A DNA stretch of 64,000 bases from a bacterium (lineage in GTDB: Bacteria > UBA10199 > 2-02-FULL-44-16 > JAAZCA01), in contig CAXXGI010000001.1 of NCBI GenBank assembly GCA_963674695.2, forward strand, positions 32,001 to 96,000, read 5' to 3'. Shown piece by piece: positions 1-10,100 of the stretch. Position 1 is the stretch's first letter. Every line of letters starts with the position of its first letter. Both the position numbers and the translations under genes were made by a program. The notes under the pieces are model-generated. The model ran no database searches. It saw nothing but the letters and a program-made list of their open reading frames with translations, and was not told the DNA's origin.

Positions 1-26
1 GCCGTGATGATCGAAAACGGTCTCTT

Positions 27-593
27 TTATGACAGCGGATGGGCGACGAAGACCTTTTTGTAGGTGTGATAGTGCTTCATCACCTTTTTCACATATCGAC
101 GCGTCTCGCGATAGGGCGGGATGCCCGCATACTTCTTCACCGCACCCGGGCCCGCATTATAGGCGGCCAGCGTCATCCGGAGATTTCCGCCGAAGCGATT
201 CATCAGTTCGCGCAGATAGCGCGTTCCGGCATCGATATTCTGGCGCGGATCATAGACGTTGCGCAGTTTCAGGTGCCGCTGTGTCGGCGGATTGATCTGC
301 ATCAGCCCCTTGGCGCCGACCGGTGACTGCGCGCGCGGATTGAAGTTCGATTCCGCATGAATCACCGCCGCCACCAGCGCCGGATGCACATGATGTTCGC
401 TCGCCGCCGCGTTGATCGCGTCAGCGAACTTCACCTGCGCCCCCATCTTTCCGGCAACCCGTTTCACCTGCGCCGTAAAGGCCTTGCGCTCAACGTGTTG
501 TCCATAGGCAAAGCAGGCCACATAGATGAGCGCTATGCCCGCCAGATTGAGACCCAACCGAACCCACCCCATGTTGTCGTTTTGTTTTCGCAT
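27..593 (-). CDS. Lytic transglycosylase, SLT domain
   Basis: Motifs AVIHAESNFNP, GAKGLMQI, AAYNAGPG and ETRRYV, plus an N-terminal hydrophobic segment. Start placed at 593, just downstream of a sigma54 site (572 is an alternative). Confidence 0.9.
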   Translation of the reverse strand: MRKQNDNMGWVRLGLNLAGIALIYVACFAYGQHVERKAFTAQVKRVAGKMGAQVKFADAINAAASEHHVHPALVAAVIHAESNFNPRAQSPVGAKGLMQINPPTQRHLKLRNVYDPRQNIDAGTRYLRELMNRFGGNLRMTLAAYNAGPGAVKKYAGIPPYRETRRYVKKVMKHYHTYKKVFVAHPLS

Positions 594-606
594 AGGACTG
601 ATACAA

Positions 607-622
607 AGCAATTTTGATGCCA
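607..622 (-). promoter_or_regulatory. sigma54 -24/-12 promoter for the SLT gene
   Basis: Minus strand reads TGGCATCAAAATTGCT, matching TGGCAC-N5-TTGCW with GG-N10-GC spacing. Confidence 0.75.
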
Positions 623-626
623 ATTC

Positions 627-639
627 TAAGTTGTTGATA
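627..639 (-). promoter_or_regulatory. IHF binding site
   Basis: Minus strand TATCAACAACTTA is an exact match to WATCAANNNNTTR, immediately upstream of the sigma54 site. Confidence 0.6.
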
Positions 640-798
640 TCACCGTTGATTATAGTATTTCTTCCGCCCCACTTGCGGTGGGCTCCCCCCACCGTCAAGG
701 GCGAGCACCCCACCGGGATCCGCTGAAGCGACACGCCCATATAATGATGCCATCGCACCTGTCACGACGCGGTGCATTCTCATCTCTGCCGGGGCCAT
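640..798 (-). CDS. Candidate small protein (52 aa) or gene remnant, absent from the ORF track
   Basis: GAGGAGG RBS followed by ATG; translates MAPAEMRMHRVVTGAMASLYGRVASADPGGVLALDGGGSPPQVGRKKYYNQR*. Preceded by the sigma28-like motif at 826-852. Confidence 0.35.
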   Translation of the reverse strand: MAPAEMRMHRVVTGAMASLYGRVASADPGGVLALDGGGSPPQVGRKKYYNQR

Positions 799-825
799 CC
801 TCGATCCTCCTCATGTGGCGAGGGG

Positions 826-852
826 ATATCGGCAATCGGCGCAAAAAGTTGC
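826..852 (-). promoter_or_regulatory. sigma28/FliA-like promoter
   Basis: Minus strand GCAACTTT-N11-GCCGATAT. Confidence 0.55.
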
Positions 853-898
853 GTCCAATGTTGGATTGTCGAGAACGGCAAAGGACGACGTTTGACGC

Positions 899-1621
899 CT
901 ATGGGGAGAGAAGAATCGCCTGCCGCAGGCCGGGCATGCGGCGAAAGCAGCCGCCGGCTTTGAGGTGGGCATATACGGCGTCTGCATCGACGACGTGACT
1001 GCCGCAGAGGACGTCGACGCCGAATGCGAAGAGCAGCGGTGAAAGAATGGTGGAGGGACCCAGGAGCATCACGCGCTTTTCTCGCGCGAGGTCGAGCAGG
1101 CCGTCGATGGTATGGTTGATGAGCGTCGTCCCGGTGATCGCTACGACATCGGCTGCGGGAATGATCCGTGGTGCCTCTTCCGCTGGAAGATCTCCCGGGG
1201 CGGGAATGAGTTCCAAAATCTTCAGATCCGCGGCGACCGAGCGCAGCCGCTCGACGAAGGGAAAGTGTCCGACGACGACCACGCGTTTTCCCGCACCCCA
1301 CTCGCAGAGCAGGTCGAAGGCGTTGCGTTCGATCGCATCGGGCGTCGGTGCGACCACGGCATTCATCGCGGCCACACCGACGGAGGCCTCGAGAAACGAT
1401 GACGATCGCGCAAGCGCCGCCACCTCCTGCACAGGCCGACCGCACAACACGGCCACATCCGGCATCGCCTCGCCCGCGTCGATTGCGCGTTCGAAAAAAC
1501 TCGAGGCCAGCCCCGCACCCCGATCGGTCTCGACGATCGTTCCACGGGGAAGGATCTGGACCTCGCGAACCATCGCATCAGAGGAGATGGCGTCGACAAG
1601 GGTATCGATGATGGTGGACAT
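899..1621 (-). CDS. DUF364 / Rossmann-like putative heavy-metal chelation protein
   Basis: EASVGVAAMNA, VVVGHFPF, ITGTTLINHT and LLGPST motifs typical of DUF364; GGGGGAG RBS before MSTII. Confidence 0.8.
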   Translation of the reverse strand: MSTIIDTLVDAISSDAMVREVQILPRGTIVETDRGAGLASSFFERAIDAGEAMPDVAVLCGRPVQEVAALARSSSFLEASVGVAAMNAVVAPTPDAIERNAFDLLCEWGAGKRVVVVGHFPFVERLRSVAADLKILELIPAPGDLPAEEAPRIIPAADVVAITGTTLINHTIDGLLDLAREKRVMLLGPSTILSPLLFAFGVDVLCGSHVVDADAVYAHLKAGGCFRRMPGLRQAILLSP

Positions 1622-1725
1622 TGCTCCCCCTATAGCGACCCTCCGCGAACGGAACAACCCCTTTCTCGGCATGACTTCCCGATCCAAAATCGCTATAGTA
1701 GCCCCTGTTGGGGATGCTGGTTTTT

Positions 1726-1821
1726 GTCATTCCCGCGAAGGCGGGAATCTCGATTTTTCAAGCACAGCGAGATTCCCGCCGGAGTTTACCCTCGAATGAT
1801 TTAATCGGGGGCGGGAATGAC
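1726..1821. repeat. REP/dRS3-like palindromic element (GTCATTCCCGCG...GCGGGAATGAC)
   Basis: Terminal inverted repeats and internal hairpins; near-identical copy at 31278-31373. Confidence 0.85.
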
Positions 1822-1884
1822 AACAATAATTCTTTTCCCAACAGGTACGATAGTGTCGCCTTCACCGGTATTGGAGGAATTCCC

Positions 1885-3054
1885 ATGCACTTTCCCCGCC
1901 TCGAACGCCTGCCCCCGTACGCCCTGGCAGAGGTCGCCGCCTGGATGAAGGGCGCACGCCGCGACGGCCACGACATCATCAACCTCGGCATGGGCAATCC
2001 GGATCTGCCTACGCCCGCCCACATCGTCGACAAACTCTGCGAAGCAGCGACAAAACCCGCCAACCATTGTTATTCGGTTTCGCGCGGCATTCCGAAACTT
2101 CGCGAAGCGATCTGCGCGCGCTATCGCCACCGCTTCGGTGTGGAGCTCGACCCGGAGACGGAAGCGATCACCGTGCTGGGCACGAAGGAGGGGCTCTCCC
2201 ATCTGGTCCTGGCGGCCACCGGCCCGGGCGAAGTCGTGCTGGCGCCAAACCCCACCTACCCCATCCACGCCTATTCGGTCGTCATCGCGGGCGCGGATCT
2301 GCGCAGCGTTCGCATCGGCCCCGAAGAGGATTTTCTGGCCAACCTCGATCGCGCCTATCATGGCAGCTGGCCTCGACCGAAGCTCGCCATCGTCTCCTTC
2401 CCCGCCAACCCGACGACCGTCTGCGTCGATCGCGCCTTTCTCGAGAAACTCGTCAGCTTTGCGCGCGAACACGAACTGCGGCTCATCCATGACCTGGCCT
2501 ATGCCGATCTCTGCTTCGACGGCTACCGCGCGCCCTCGATCCTCGAGATCGATGGCGCACGCGAGGTCGCCGTCGAGTTCTATTCGATGTCGAAGGGGTT
2601 TTCGATGGCCGGCTGGCGCGTCGGCTTCTGTGTGGGCAATCGTGAGATGGTCGCCGCGCTCGGTCGCATCAAGAGCTATCTCGACTACGGCATGTTTCAA
2701 CCGGTCCAGATCGCGGCGACCGTGGCGCTTCAGCAGGACGACACCTGTGTGCGCGAGATCGCCGACGTCTATTGCACGCGTCGCGATGTCCTGTGCGATG
2801 GACTGGCGCGCATCGGGTGGAACGTGCAGCGCCCCGCCGCGACGATGTTCGTGTGGGCACCGATCCCGGAGGCCTTTCGCGCAGAGGGGTCATCGGCATT
2901 CGCGCACCGCCTCCTCGATGAAGCCCATGTCGCGGTCTCGCCCGGCATCGGTTTCGGAGACGCCGGCGAGGGATTCGTGCGCTTCGCGCTCGTGGAAAAC
3001 GAGGAACGCATCCGCCAGGCCGTGCGCGGCATCCGGAGGGCCATCGACGCATGA
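1885..3054 (+). CDS. alaC: PLP-dependent class I/II aminotransferase, AlaC/YfdZ-like
   Basis: GMGNPD, DLAY, SMSKGFSMAGWRVG (PLP Lys) and RIKSYLDYG; GGAGG RBS before ATG 1885. Confidence 0.8.
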   Translation: MHFPRLERLPPYALAEVAAWMKGARRDGHDIINLGMGNPDLPTPAHIVDKLCEAATKPANHCYSVSRGIPKLREAICARYRHRFGVELDPETEAITVLGTKEGLSHLVLAATGPGEVVLAPNPTYPIHAYSVVIAGADLRSVRIGPEEDFLANLDRAYHGSWPRPKLAIVSFPANPTTVCVDRAFLEKLVSFAREHELRLIHDLAYADLCFDGYRAPSILEIDGAREVAVEFYSMSKGFSMAGWRVGFCVGNREMVAALGRIKSYLDYGMFQPVQIAATVALQQDDTCVREIADVYCTRRDVLCDGLARIGWNVQRPAATMFVWAPIPEAFRAEGSSAFAHRLLDEAHVAVSPGIGFGDAGEGFVRFALVENEERIRQAVRGIRRAIDA

Positions 3055-5096
3055 TGCTCACGCCCACCATCACTCGATGTTGCCGCATCACGCAACGCGA
3101 GATCGTCGCCGTCCTGGGTCTTGTCTGCCTGGCGCTGGTCCTGCTCGGTTCCGAATGGATCGCGCGCACGGAGGATAGTGCCTACCGCCTCGCAGTGCGA
3201 ATCGCCTCTCCCGCCACATCCGCATCGATCGCCGTCGCCCCCATCGATGCCGCCGTCATCGATGCACAGGGCGCGTGGCCCTGGCCCGCGAAGACGATCG
3301 GCACCATCATCGAACAGCTGCGCGCGCGCGGCGCCACGCTCATCGTCCTCGACCCGCAGGTGACGAAAGCCTGGCGCCCACAGGCGAACGCTTCGCAGAA
3401 CGAGGATCTCGCCGCCGGATATCAATTCGTGACGGAGCACGCCGAAGCAATCGATGCCGTCGATATCGCCGCGCTCGCCGAAGCGTGGGGATTCCCCACG
3501 AGCCCCGAACACGGCTCACTGATCCCGAAGGCGGCGGGCATCGATGCCAAAGAACTGCTCCCGGCACAGACACAGATCGCTCAAGGCTTCGTCCACGTCC
3601 TCCCCGACGCCGACGGCACCACGCGTCGCACTGCGTTTGCCATGCGCCTGGACGGCCACGCCTTTCCCTCGCTCGCCCTCGTCGCCGCCGCGCGCCGCAA
3701 GGGCTTCACGCCGATCCTCACCCAGGACGCGAAAGGACATGCGAGCGGCATCTCCATCGGCGGGGTCCGCATTCACACCGGCGCCGATGCACGCGCCGCC
3801 ATCGCCTTTCGCCGAACCGAGAGCATCCCAACGATCTCCGTGGCCGAGCTCCTGTCGAGATCGAACGCACCCGCACCCATCGACGCACAGACCGTCCTGG
3901 TCGGCGTCGTCGATCCGGCGATCGTCGCGCCCGTGGTGACCCCGTTGGGAACGATGTCGATCATCCATCTGGAAGCGCAGGTCATGGAGGACCTCATGGC
4001 CGGAGGGATGTTGCGGCTGCTCACGGGGATGATTCCTCGAGCGCTCCTCATCATTTTCCTGACCGGACTCTGGGCGTTCGCCATCGTACAACTGCGCCCC
4101 TGGACACAGATCCTGGCCGCCATCGGCATCGCCGGCGCACTGGGAATCGGTTCCATCCTGCTCGTACAATGGGCCGGGGTGCAGTTGCCGACAGTCACGC
4201 TGTTGGCAATGACCGCCATCCTGTTCACCTCTGCAGGATGGGCAAACCTGATCGCACGCATCATTCCACGCCGACTGCTCCTCCGTCATTTTCGCCATCG
4301 GCTGAATCGTCGTTCGATCGAGGCGATCCTCGCAGACCCCTCCTGTCTCGCCCCTTCGACGCCCCTGCACGAAGCCACCGTCCTCGTCGTCGACATCAAG
4401 GGGTTCGGCGCCATCAGCGGACGACTCACGCCCCGCACGCTCGCACGCTTCGTGCGCCTCTGGCGCACGCTCGTGAGCGACACCCTCACCGAAGCGGGCG
4501 CGCTGATCGACTCGTGGGCGGGGGATGAATGTCGCGCAATCTTCGGCGCGCCGGTGGCGATGCCCGATCACGCACAGCAGGCCTGCCGTGCCGCGCTCAC
4601 GTTGCGCGCGAGCATCGCCGCACAACGCGAGGCATGGGCTCAAGACTTCGGCATCGAGGGATTTCGGATCGGCATCGGCATTCAGACAGGGCAGGCCACG
4701 GCGCACGACCTCGGACCCGAACGCGCATTCGAATACGGCGCGGTGGGTCCGGCGGTGGAGGCGGCCATGCAGCTGCGCGCGCTCTGTCGGGCGTATGGAA
4801 CGACGATCCTTGTCGGAGAGCTCACGCAGGCCGCATGCATCGGCACGCTCGCCTTCCGCCGACTCGATGCGGTGCAGCTGCGCGGTGAGGAGAACCCATC
4901 GCCGCTCTTTGAGCTCATCGGCGAACACGGCATCATCCTACCGCAGCGGGAGGCGTTTCAATCGGGCCTTGAAGCCTATCTCGCGGGAAACTATGAAGAC
5001 GCCGCATTCGCCTTCCAAAGCATCGTCGCCGAATATCCGAACGACGGCCCCGCACGCCTCTTCCTCGCCCGAGCACGGAAGCACCGCGACTCGTAA
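3051..5096 (+). CDS. CHASE2 + TM + class III adenylate/guanylate cyclase-like protein (catalytically degenerate) with TPR-like tail
   Basis: G.WPWP and DADGTTRR CHASE2 motifs, three TM helices, VVDIKGF / AGDEC.AIFGAP / IGIGIQTG cyclase motifs. Confidence 0.85.
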   Translation: MMLTPTITRCCRITQREIVAVLGLVCLALVLLGSEWIARTEDSAYRLAVRIASPATSASIAVAPIDAAVIDAQGAWPWPAKTIGTIIEQLRARGATLIVLDPQVTKAWRPQANASQNEDLAAGYQFVTEHAEAIDAVDIAALAEAWGFPTSPEHGSLIPKAAGIDAKELLPAQTQIAQGFVHVLPDADGTTRRTAFAMRLDGHAFPSLALVAAARRKGFTPILTQDAKGHASGISIGGVRIHTGADARAAIAFRRTESIPTISVAELLSRSNAPAPIDAQTVLVGVVDPAIVAPVVTPLGTMSIIHLEAQVMEDLMAGGMLRLLTGMIPRALLIIFLTGLWAFAIVQLRPWTQILAAIGIAGALGIGSILLVQWAGVQLPTVTLLAMTAILFTSAGWANLIARIIPRRLLLRHFRHRLNRRSIEAILADPSCLAPSTPLHEATVLVVDIKGFGAISGRLTPRTLARFVRLWRTLVSDTLTEAGALIDSWAGDECRAIFGAPVAMPDHAQQACRAALTLRASIAAQREAWAQDFGIEGFRIGIGIQTGQATAHDLGPERAFEYGAVGPAVEAAMQLRALCRAYGTTILVGELTQAACIGTLAFRRLDAVQLRGEENPSPLFELIGEHGIILPQREAFQSGLEAYLAGNYEDAAFAFQSIVAEYPNDGPARLFLARARKHRDS

Positions 5097-5130
5097 CTCG
5101 TAACTCGTGACTCGTGACTCGTAACTCGTA
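5089..5130. repeat. Heptamer tandem repeat (ACTCGTR)x6
   Basis: Read directly; overlaps the cyclase stop codon. Confidence 0.9.
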
Positions 5131-5171
5131 AGAGCGTAGTCGCCGCGAGGGTGATGACAAATCCTAGCGTT

Positions 5172-5244
5172 GTCATCCCCGCGAAAGCGGGGATCTCGAT
5201 GGACCATGACAATCGAGATTCCCGCTTACCCCCGCGGGAATGAC
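5172..5244. repeat. REP/dRS3-like palindromic element
   Basis: GTCATCCCCGCGAAAGCGGGGATCTCG...GAGATTCCCGC...GCGGGAATGAC. Confidence 0.85.
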
Positions 5245-5268
5245 ACTTTTTCGGAATATGACCGGCAC

Positions 5269-6393
5269 CTACAACACTTCAAGCTGCTTTGGAAATCCGG
5301 CGATCAGGTTGCATCCGGTCTTCGTGATCTGCACCAAATCCTCGATGCGCACGCCGCCGATGTCGGGATAGTAGAGGCCGGGCTCCACGCTCATGACGGT
5401 GCCGGCCTCGAGGGTGTAGTGGCGCATGTTGATGCGCGCCGGCTCCTCATGCACCTCGAGCCCGATCGAGTGACCGGTGCCGTGAAAGAAACCGACCTGA
5501 CGCCCGCGGCGTTCCTCGGTCGGATAGCCGCATTCGGTAAAATAGTTCTGAATCTCCCGATGGACCGCGTTGCCGTCTACGCCCGCACGGATGCGATCGA
5601 GTCCCAACTGTTGCCCCTGACGAACGATGGCATACATCTCCTTGAGCGCCTCAGGCGCACGCCCGCGACAGAAGGTACGCGTGGCATCGCCGCAATAACG
5701 CGTCTTCATCGACTGCGGAAAGATGTCGACGATGATCGAACCATGCGCATGCAGGGGACCGGAGCCCTCGTCGTGCGGATCACAGGCATGTTTTCCGCTG
5801 GAGACGATGACCGCCCCCGCAGCATATCCCTTTTCGAGCAAAAGGATGCTGATCATCGTGCGCAAACGCTCCGAGGTGAGCGCCTTCCCCCGAAGGAGCA
5901 AACGATTCCCTTTGATACGACTGGCCTTCAACGTATCGCGCGCGAGGCGGATAGCCGCGAAGACCACTCGCTGTGCCTGCGTGATGCAGCGCAACTCCTC
6001 GGCCGTCTTGACGATGCGTTCGGGGAAAAAGGGCTGACCGCCGGACTGAACGTGATACCCCTTGTCGCGCAGCGCATCGACGATGGTGAACCCCGTCGTC
6101 TGCGGCACGCAGATCTTTTTCACGCGAAACTCGCGCAGCAGTTCGTCCATGACGTCGGTGATATCCGGTGCGGCGTGCTTGGCCTGCGCGCGCTTGAGAT
6201 ATCGCGACAGCGGCAACACCTCGTCGACGCAGGACTGCGCGCGCGCGCGGTCGATCTCTAACTCACTCGCGACGATCAAACGCTTTCCGCGCACCTGTAA
6301 GAAGAGAAACGGATCGGGCGCCAAAAACCGTGTGGCGTAATAGAGTTCGGCGTTTTTTTCGGAAATATCGTAGATGAGCTGGGCCTGTGCCAT
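5269..6393 (-). CDS. Xaa-Pro aminopeptidase, M24 family
   Basis: DIFP..YCGDATRT, HGTGHSIGLEVHE, VEPGLY and GGVRIED metal-binding motifs. Confidence 0.92.
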   Translation of the reverse strand: MAQAQLIYDISEKNAELYYATRFLAPDPFLFLQVRGKRLIVASELEIDRARAQSCVDEVLPLSRYLKRAQAKHAAPDITDVMDELLREFRVKKICVPQTTGFTIVDALRDKGYHVQSGGQPFFPERIVKTAEELRCITQAQRVVFAAIRLARDTLKASRIKGNRLLLRGKALTSERLRTMISILLLEKGYAAGAVIVSSGKHACDPHDEGSGPLHAHGSIIVDIFPQSMKTRYCGDATRTFCRGRAPEALKEMYAIVRQGQQLGLDRIRAGVDGNAVHREIQNYFTECGYPTEERRGRQVGFFHGTGHSIGLEVHEEPARINMRHYTLEAGTVMSVEPGLYYPDIGGVRIEDLVQITKTGCNLIAGFPKQLEVL

Positions 6394-6465
6394 AGAAAAA
6401 CTCCCCCTTTACAGTCAACACCCGATACGATAAGCTTCATGAAACTCCCGAACAACTAAACACCC

Positions 6466-7116
6466 ATGAATCCTTTGTCCAACAAAAAGGGACGGTTTGT
6501 CGTGCATATCGGCTTGGCCGTATGCCTCATCGCCCTCTCCATCATGGCCAGTTCCTGCGCCCCCTATCAGGCCGGGCGCCGTCCGCTCCATTACAAAACG
6601 ACCGGGCACGCATCCTGGTATGGACCCGGATTTGCCGGGCGCAAGACCGCCAACGGCGAACGCTTCAACCCGAACAAGCTCACCTGCGCACACAAGACCC
6701 TTCCGTTCAACACGACACTGAAAGTGACCCACGTTGAAAACGGAAAATCCGTCGTCGTGCGCGTGAACGATCGCGGGCCCTTCATCCGTGGACGCGTCAT
6801 CGACCTCTCGAAGGAAGCCGCACGCCGCATCGGGATGCTGGGAAGCGGAACCGCCAAGGTCGAGATCGTCGCCATCGCATCGCCCGAGCAGAGGCGCGCG
6901 ATGAACAAACGCATCGTCATCGCACAGAAGGAAACGCCGCCTGCAACCAAACCCTCCCCCGCCGATGAAGCAGAAAACCCCACCGCCACGAACGCCGACA
7001 TCGGCTCGGTCATCACCGAAGAGAATAGAGCCGAAGAAACACCCGAACCCGACGTCCCCAACCTCGAAGAGATGAACCAACAACAGGCCCCCACCCCTCC
7101 GCCGGATGGGTTTTAA
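6466..7116 (+). CDS. rlpA: Septal ring lytic transglycosylase RlpA family lipoprotein
   Basis: [31 protein letters not shown] and IDLS; lipobox ASSC; acidic Pro-rich tail. Confidence 0.92.
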   Translation: MNPLSNKKGRFVVHIGLAVCLIALSIMASSCAPYQAGRRPLHYKTTGHASWYGPGFAGRKTANGERFNPNKLTCAHKTLPFNTTLKVTHVENGKSVVVRVNDRGPFIRGRVIDLSKEAARRIGMLGSGTAKVEIVAIASPEQRRAMNKRIVIAQKETPPATKPSPADEAENPTATNADIGSVITEENRAEETPEPDVPNLEEMNQQQAPTPPPDGF

Positions 7117-7163
7117 ACCTCTCCTCGTCAATTCAAAACGGCCGGATTTATCCCAGAAATGGC

Positions 7164-7190
7164 ACAACTTTCCCCACTTTGAGCCGAAAA
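7164..7190 (+). promoter_or_regulatory. sigma28/FliA-like promoter
   Basis: ACAACTTT-N11-GCCGAAAA, ending 7 nt before ATG 7198. Confidence 0.55.
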
Positions 7191-7197
7191 GAAAGGC

Positions 7198-10100
7198 ATG
7201 GCGAGGAACGTCCACAATGCCGCCCAACATGACGAATCGCTCTTCAGGGGCCTCGATGATTTTCTGCGCCGCGCCGATGCGAACGGAAAACTCGACACCG
7301 CCTCGGAGGCTGCACAGCACGCCCACGCCATCGATCGTTGTTTGAAGATGGAGGAGCACGAGCAGTGGCTCACCCGGTTTGGCACCTCAAACCTCAAGGC
7401 CTGGCACGGCATCTTGACCGGGCTCTCCGACGAGCAGCAGTTCGCGCGATGGCGAACGTGGAAGCCGGAAGCGAACACCCTTCGCACCTATCTGATGGAC
7501 CAACACTTCTACGGCGTCCCCACGCGCTTCATCCACCAGGACGGCCGCAACCCGCGCAAGCGCTATCTTGAAAGCCCCCTGCACCCCCGCATCGAGCAGG
7601 AGATCGTCGCCCTCTGCGAAACAGCAGGCTCGGCAAAAAAGGTGATCCGATTCATCGCGCAACTCGAAAAGAGCTTTCCGGATGAATTCAGTTCATGCTG
7701 GAAGCCTTTTTCCGAAAGAAAGGAGCTCGTCTTCGATCGCAGCTTCTTCAGGGCGCATCACGGATGGCGCAACACATTGAGTAGCACCGACGAGCCCGGC
7801 GCCTTCGACGGGCGCACGCCGGACCGCATGGCGGCGATACTGGCGACGATTCGGCAGATGATTGGGCGCCGGGATTTCCTGGCGTTTACCCGGCGTGTGG
7901 ACGGCATCCTCGGCTGGCGCTTCTCCTTCCAGAAGGCCAACGCCTATTTCCGCTTTCACGACCGCTGGATCAAGGAAGGCGAGGCGTTCTTCGCCTGCCT
8001 CGAACGACGCCAGGGGTTTCTCGACCTGCTCGCCAATGAAGGGGTCGCCGACCGGATCGAAGAAGACATCATCGCCCGCGTGACGGAATCGAAGGAACGC
8101 ACGGAGATGATCACACGCTTCGTCCGCGCAGCGGGGGAGCATCATTTCTTTGATCCCAGTCTCAACAATACCTGGGCATTCATGCAGTTCGGCATGTCGA
8201 ACTACCGCCAGAGCGATGAAGTGCGATGGTTCCTCGACACGGTCGAGAAGCGCGGCGAGGGATGCTTCGCCGATATCCACCGCGCGGCCGGGCTTTCCAC
8301 CCCCCCGACGCTGCGCCTGCGCGAATTCTATGAACTCTTCTGGAAACTGGAGAAAGCCAATGTCAAGGATGTGGAAGGCATCATGCGCATCCTTCGCACA
8401 CACATCTTCGATGCGCATCGTGTCGACGACACGGCCATCGATATCGCCGGAATGTGGTACACGCCGTTCATGAAATACATCAGCTCCAACTTGCCACAGT
8501 TTCATGCCGAGAAGGACCTGATCCAGATACTCGATACGCTTCACCAGGAAGGCCTGCTCGACTCCACGCTCACGAACCTGCGCGAAGGGTATGTCGCCGA
8601 ATCGACAAGACTGCACGCATGGCTGATGAACCCCACGCTCACCGAAGAACAAGAGCGCCTCCTGGATGATCGCAGTCTCCGAGGACTCAAGATCGACGCC
8701 GAAAGACTCGAATCCGAATCGCGGCTCCACGCCATCCGCCTGCTCATGACCCTGGGCCGCCGGGACAACGTGAACGTCGGCGGCGGTGGCTGGCACATCG
8801 AGTTGAGTCCGTCCGCGCTGCAGCCGGAGACGATCGAACAGCAATCCTTCTGGATCACGAAGACATTTGCGCTCCATCAGATGATGGAGGATCGTTCCAT
8901 GGACTATTGGTGGGGCTACAGCACACACCGCGACACCCTCACCGACCACCTCTACCGGATGGGCGAAAAAAAGGACCCGCCCACCGATGAGGTGAACGCG
9001 CTGCAGGCCTGGGTCCAGAAGATGGGAGAGCGGTACCCGCGCTATCCCAATCCGCGCAACGAGATCTGGAACGAACTCTTCTTTCACATCATGCTGAGCG
9101 CGAACGGCGGGCTGCCCCCGCAGGAGGAGTTGGACTTCTTCGAACAAAAGGTCTTTGCATCGACGCTCAGCACCGCGCTCGACGGCGGTCGCGTCAATGC
9201 GACCTTTGTCGACATCGTGCAATTCTACAGCCGCTCTCCGATCGCCGCGTGGAAGCAGTTCCCGCAGGCGATGAGATGGATGGACCGCCTGATCGAACGC
9301 GACGTCCGCAGGGGCATCTTCGCCAACCGCTCTTGGTTCGACGATCCGGAGGTGATGCAATCGATCGCCCGGTTCGATGCGGCGGTCGGTTCCGCCTCGA
9401 TCGATGCGCTCGCGCGCATGGAGCGCCTCTTCTTCTCGGCAGAGCCGCTCTTTCCCATCCACTACAAGTGGGACGGCGGAAGCACCCCCGGCATCACCGA
9501 TTTCCTCTCGCTGTGCATGGACGCCCTGACCGGATCCGATGAAACGCTCGAAGCGCTCCTGCAGACCATCGCAAGAGCAGAGGAGAAGCCGGAGTTCGGT
9601 TCCTTCAAGGGGTTCGAGCGCATCCGCTCCTCCTTCGATCCAAACAATCCCGGCGCGCTCGTCGGCGTCTTCCAGCAATGGCGCCGGCTCGGCCTCTCCC
9701 CCAAACGGTATCGAGGGGAGAAGGGCTTCTTGCACCTTACCGAAGGCGATGAACGACACATCCAGACCTATGCCCAACAGATTGTCCAACGCGAGGAGCT
9801 GCGTTTTTACGAGCTCCCGTTCCTGCTCGGCGTCGAAGAGGAGCGCTTCATTCGGTGGCTCGACCTGGACAAGACGCTGCGCGAACGCAAGCTGGATGTG
9901 AGCCACTTCGTCTCGATGGAGCTCGTCGACCTCCCCCACGTCGTGGAACTCTTCGCCTATCTCAACGAGGAAGGGTTGTTGGTCAGCATCGACAGACGGT
10001 TGGCCAGCGCGCTCGACCCGAATACGCATCCCGCCTTTCGCGTGTCGCCGGAAGCCATCGCTGCCTTCAAGAAGATGCTCGCCTGGTGCGCCGAACACAT

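Noticed and set aside
1-63. Possible 3' end of an upstream plus-strand CDS (AVMIENGLFYDSGWATKTFL*)
   Set aside because: Too short to identify at the window edge, and it overlaps the SLT gene end.
660-700. c-di-AMP (ydaO) riboswitch-like GGGGGAGCCCA...TGGGGCG on the minus strand upstream of SLT
   Set aside because: The downstream ydaO core (GAAUC...CCGUCAGCUAACC) is absent, and the segment lies upstream of the predicted sigma54 TSS.
5089-5244. CRISPR array interpretation of the repeats
   Set aside because: No regularly spaced 23-47 bp repeats with unique spacers and no cas genes anywhere in the window.
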